DNA of 64,000 nt from an uncultured Candidatus Rokubacteria bacterium (GTDB lineage: Bacteria > Methylomirabilota > Methylomirabilia > Rokubacteriales > CSP1-6), in contig CAWBMV010000012.1 of the NCBI GenBank assembly GCA_963789955.1, positions 288,001 to 352,000 of the forward strand, read 5' to 3'. The position numbers and the translations under genes were made by a program. A model generated the notes under the pieces. It saw nothing but the letters and a program-made list of their open reading frames with translations. It was not told the origin of the DNA and ran no database searches. The first letter of the stretch is position 1; each line of letters begins with the position of its first letter. Below are positions 58,146-64,000 of the stretch, piece by piece.

Positions 58146-58823
58146 CTAGTACGTGCCCGGGCGGATCTGCTTGTAGAGCTGCTTGAGAGCGTCGGCGGTG
58201 AACGTCGGCGACTGGCAGACCGAGATGATCTTACGCTCGTCGGCCTCGACCTTTGCGACCGCTTCGGGGATCCGCGCGGCGATGTCGGTCGGAATCGTCA
58301 CGGCGCCGTGCTGGTCGGCGTGAACCAGATCGCCCGGCTTCACCCACAGCCCACCCACCTTGATCGGCAAACCGAAGTCGACCATGTGCACGTAGGCGTG
58401 CGAGACCGAGACGTGAGCCGCGGCGAACTGGAACCCCAGCGCCCGTACCTCGTCGAGGTCGCGCACCGAGCCGTCCGTGATGACGCCGGCGCAGCCGAGC
58501 GCGCGGTGGATGTTGGCCTGGACCTCGCCCCACTGGGCACCCTGGCCCCGAGGCTCGTCGAGGTCGTGGACGACGATCACGCGGGGCGCCGGGATCGAGA
58601 GCACGTAGTCCCACCACCCGAACGTGGAGGCGCGATGGCCCTCGAGCGGCTGGGGCTCGGCGCGGATCACCGCGGTGACCGCGTACCCGACCAGCGGCCC
58701 GAGCTCGGTGAACAAGGTGCGGATCTCGGACGACATGTTGCCGTGATTGCGGGGGCGGACGTTGAACGTCTCGATCGCGTTGGCCACGCTGGGGCTGGAG
58801 ATCTTCTTGAGGGCGTCGATCAT
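58146..58823 (-). CDS. RraA-family protein (HMG aldolase-like)
   Basis: SPSVANAIE, QWGEVQANIH, GVITDGSVRDLDEV, PGDLVHADQHG. Confidence 0.85.
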   Translation of the reverse strand: MIDALKKISSPSVANAIETFNVRPRNHGNMSSEIRTLFTELGPLVGYAVTAVIRAEPQPLEGHRASTFGWWDYVLSIPAPRVIVVHDLDEPRGQGAQWGEVQANIHRALGCAGVITDGSVRDLDEVRALGFQFAAAHVSVSHAYVHMVDFGLPIKVGGLWVKPGDLVHADQHGAVTIPTDIAARIPEAVAKVEADERKIISVCQSPTFTADALKQLYKQIRPGTY

Positions 58824-59469
58824 CAGATGGTGTCCTTTCGGCGCTGGATCAGCAGGGTTTTGAGCATCTCGATCGTCTGCCGGGTCGACTCGAGATTCGG
58901 GTTCACGCGGAGCGCGCGCTCGAAGTACTCGAGCGCGATCGCGGGCTGGTCGAGCTGCATGTAGATCATCCCGTAGCCGCTGAGCGCGCCGAAGTGATAC
59001 GGGTTGCGCTTCATCACTTCGTCGCAATCGGCGAGCGACTTCTGATATTCGCCCAGGAGGTAATAGACGGTCGCCCGCTTGTTCCAGCCTTCGGCGAACT
59101 CCGGCTTACGCCGGATGATCTCGCTGAAGGTCTCGACGGCCTGCTCGCCCTGGCGCGCGTTCATTTGCTCGAGGCCGGTCGCGAAGAGCCGGTCGATGGT
59201 CGGGTCGCCCGATCGGCTCCACACCTGCCACATCGAGCTCTCCGCATTCTCGCGGACGACCTCGTCGCTGTCGCGCAGCGCCGCGGCCAGCTGCGGCAGG
59301 TCGCTCATGAGCCCGGTCTCGCCCAGCGCTTGAGCGCCCAGGCGGCGACTGTCGGCGCTGCCCTTGTCGGCGAGCGCCTTGAGCGCCTCCTCGCGCGTCG
59401 GGCCGGCGAGCAGCGGCGCCGGCGACAAGGCGAGCGCGATGAGCACGAGGGTCCCGAGCCATCGACGCC

Positions 59470-59473
<4 letters not shown>
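58823..59473 (-). CDS. Exported HEAT/TPR-repeat protein
   Basis: Signal peptide; FAEGWNKRATVYYLLG, NPYHFGALSGYG. Confidence 0.8.
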
Positions 59474-62506
<3,033 letters not shown>

Positions 62507-62553
62507 TTATACTGCGGGACGATCGGTCGAGAATTCCTTCGGTAGGATTGAAC

Positions 62554-63267
62554 ATGCCACGAACCCCAGTCCTGAACGTTGCGATCGAGACCCGAGACAC
62601 GACGGCCTCGGTCCAAGATTACCTCGCGGCCATTTACGACCTGGCGGGCAGCGGCAAGCCGGTGATCGGCGCGCGGCTCGCGAAGCACATGGCGATCTCC
62701 GCGCCCGCGGTCACCGAGGCGATCCATCGGATGGCCCGCGGCGGGTACGTGAAGATCGGGCGCGGCAAGGAGCTCGTGCTTTCGACCAAGGGCCGGCAGA
62801 TCGCCGAGGTCATGGCGCGGCGTCACCGTCTCCTGGAGCGCTGGCTCACGGATACGCTCGGCCTCAACTGGACGGACGCCCACGAGGAGGCGCATCGACT
62901 CGAGCATGCCCTGTCGCCGCGCGTCGAAGACCGTCTGGCGGAGCTCCTGGGCATGCCGAGCACCTGCCCGCACGGCAACCCCATCCCCGGGATGTCGAAG
63001 CCACCCAAGGTCGAGCCGTTCCCGCTCGCCCAGGCGAAGGAAGGCACGACCGTCGTGGTCGAGCGCATCACGGAGGAGGCGGAGGCCGACAAGAAGCTCC
63101 TCGAGCATCTCTGGAAGAACGACGTCCGCCCGGGTCGGCGCCTGAAGATCACCGAGGTCGCGCCCTGGGCCGGGACGATCACGGCATCGGGCGACGGCCA
63201 GACCATCGCGCTCGGCCTGCCGGCCGCCGCGAAGATCTGGGTCTACCTCCCCGGTGCGGCTGGATGA
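62554..63267 (+). CDS. DtxR/IdeR/MntR-family metal-dependent regulator with FeoA domain
   Basis: VQDYLAAIY, RRHRLLERWL, HEEAHRLEH, TCPHGNPIP. Confidence 0.9.
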   Translation: MPRTPVLNVAIETRDTTASVQDYLAAIYDLAGSGKPVIGARLAKHMAISAPAVTEAIHRMARGGYVKIGRGKELVLSTKGRQIAEVMARRHRLLERWLTDTLGLNWTDAHEEAHRLEHALSPRVEDRLAELLGMPSTCPHGNPIPGMSKPPKVEPFPLAQAKEGTTVVVERITEEAEADKKLLEHLWKNDVRPGRRLKITEVAPWAGTITASGDGQTIALGLPAAAKIWVYLPGAAG

Positions 63268-63620
63268 AGGCTCTCGGCTGGGTTTTTGTCGCGATCGGCT
63301 GCGTCTACGTCTTCTACTGCGGTGCGATGGCCGTCTGGTCCTATCTCGAGGTCACCAGCGTGGTCGAGGAGGTCGTCAACGAGCGTGCCTCACGGACCGA
63401 GCGTCAGGAGCGTGCGACTCGCGTCAGGGACGACATCGTCAAGAAGATGACGGCGAGCGGTATCAACGTCGACGAGCGCGCCATCTCGGTGAGCGACGAG
63501 GGCAAGACGATCGACGTCAGCGTGCGGTGGAGCTGGCCGGTGATCGTCTACCAGGAGCGGGAATACCTGGCGGTTCCGATGAAGCACGAACGGACATTCC
63601 CGGCGCCCGAGCGGCGCTGA
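63264..63620 (+). CDS. Hypothetical membrane-anchored protein (DUF4845-like)
   Basis: N-terminal TM helix, ATGA overlap with the upstream stop. Confidence 0.6.
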   Translation: MKALGWVFVAIGCVYVFYCGAMAVWSYLEVTSVVEEVVNERASRTERQERATRVRDDIVKKMTASGINVDERAISVSDEGKTIDVSVRWSWPVIVYQEREYLAVPMKHERTFPAPERR

Positions 63621-63621
63621 G

Positions 63622-64000
63622 TCAGCGCTTGGCCTGAGCCTCGCGGATCATCTTCGCGACCCGATCTCGGTCCTCTCCCGGCGGCGCCAGCGCGACGAAC
63701 TTTTCCCAGGAACGAACCGCCCCGGCGACGTCGTGCTTGGCCTCGTAGAGGATCTGGCCTCGATAGAGGAGGGCCGGCAAGTAGCTCGGATCGGTCGTCA
63801 GCGCGCGATCGAGGATCTCGAGCGCGCGATCGGCGTGCTCGGGGCCGCCACCGACCGCGAGGATCAACGCCAGATGAGTCGTCGCGTCCACGTTGTTCGG
63901 ATCGCGTTTGAGGACGGCCTGGTACGCGGCGATGGCCTCGCTGTAGCGGCCCTGGGCCAGGCTCGAGCGCGCCGCCTGCAACATGCCGTGAAGCATCTCG
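63622..64000 (-). CDS. TPR protein C-terminus (CcmH/CycH-like), truncated by the window
   Basis: EAIAAYQAVLKRDPNNVDA, ALLYRGQILYE, WEKFVALAP. Confidence 0.7.
   Translation of the reverse strand, partial: EMLHGMLQAARSSLAQGRYSEAIAAYQAVLKRDPNNVDATTHLALILAVGGGPEHADRALEILDRALTTDPSYLPALLYRGQILYEAKHDVAGAVRSWEKFVALAPPGEDRDRVAKMIREAQAKR

Overview
High-GC bacterial chromosomal window. Gene content, codon style and the GC-rich palindromic repeats suggest Candidatus Rokubacteria/Methylomirabilota (inference). About 25-30 single-base frameshifts, including one in essential ligA, point to an unpolished long-read assembly, so most broken or fused ORFs are treated as artefacts. Left to right: the 3' part of soxB followed by an exported TlpA-like redoxin with an in-frame UGA in a UxxC motif and a SECIS-like hairpin (candidate selenoprotein); a LysR gene divergent from an unannotated 54-aa eight-Cys protein plus a haloarchaeal-type isocitrate lyase; a lower-GC islet that starts with a highly structured non-coding segment resembling an IS110-family end; a FecR/DUF6600-like protein; a second, non-canonical SDH/FRD-like three-subunit set (TfrA-like flavoprotein, small anchor, Fe-S subunit) interleaved with SnoaL, TPP-enzyme, M20 and creatininase-family genes through tiny bidirectional promoters; a TCA operon (mdh, split fumarase, monomeric icd, actinobacterial Sdh1-type sdhCAB, sucCD, ndk, biotin carboxylase/carrier) containing tiny coupled ORFs; Glu/Asp, sugar and peptide ABC transporters; acyl-CoA ligase, RhaEW-like, LLM, glycosyltransferase and MshA-like genes; ferredoxin; two small stand-alone HTH genes behind sigma54-type promoters (one Fis-like, one resembling an IS21 IstA domain); thiolase/DUF35, CoA-transferase, cimA, RraA-like, TPR, Kelch, ligA and a DtxR-family regulator. 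No rRNA, tRNA or CRISPR array was seen.
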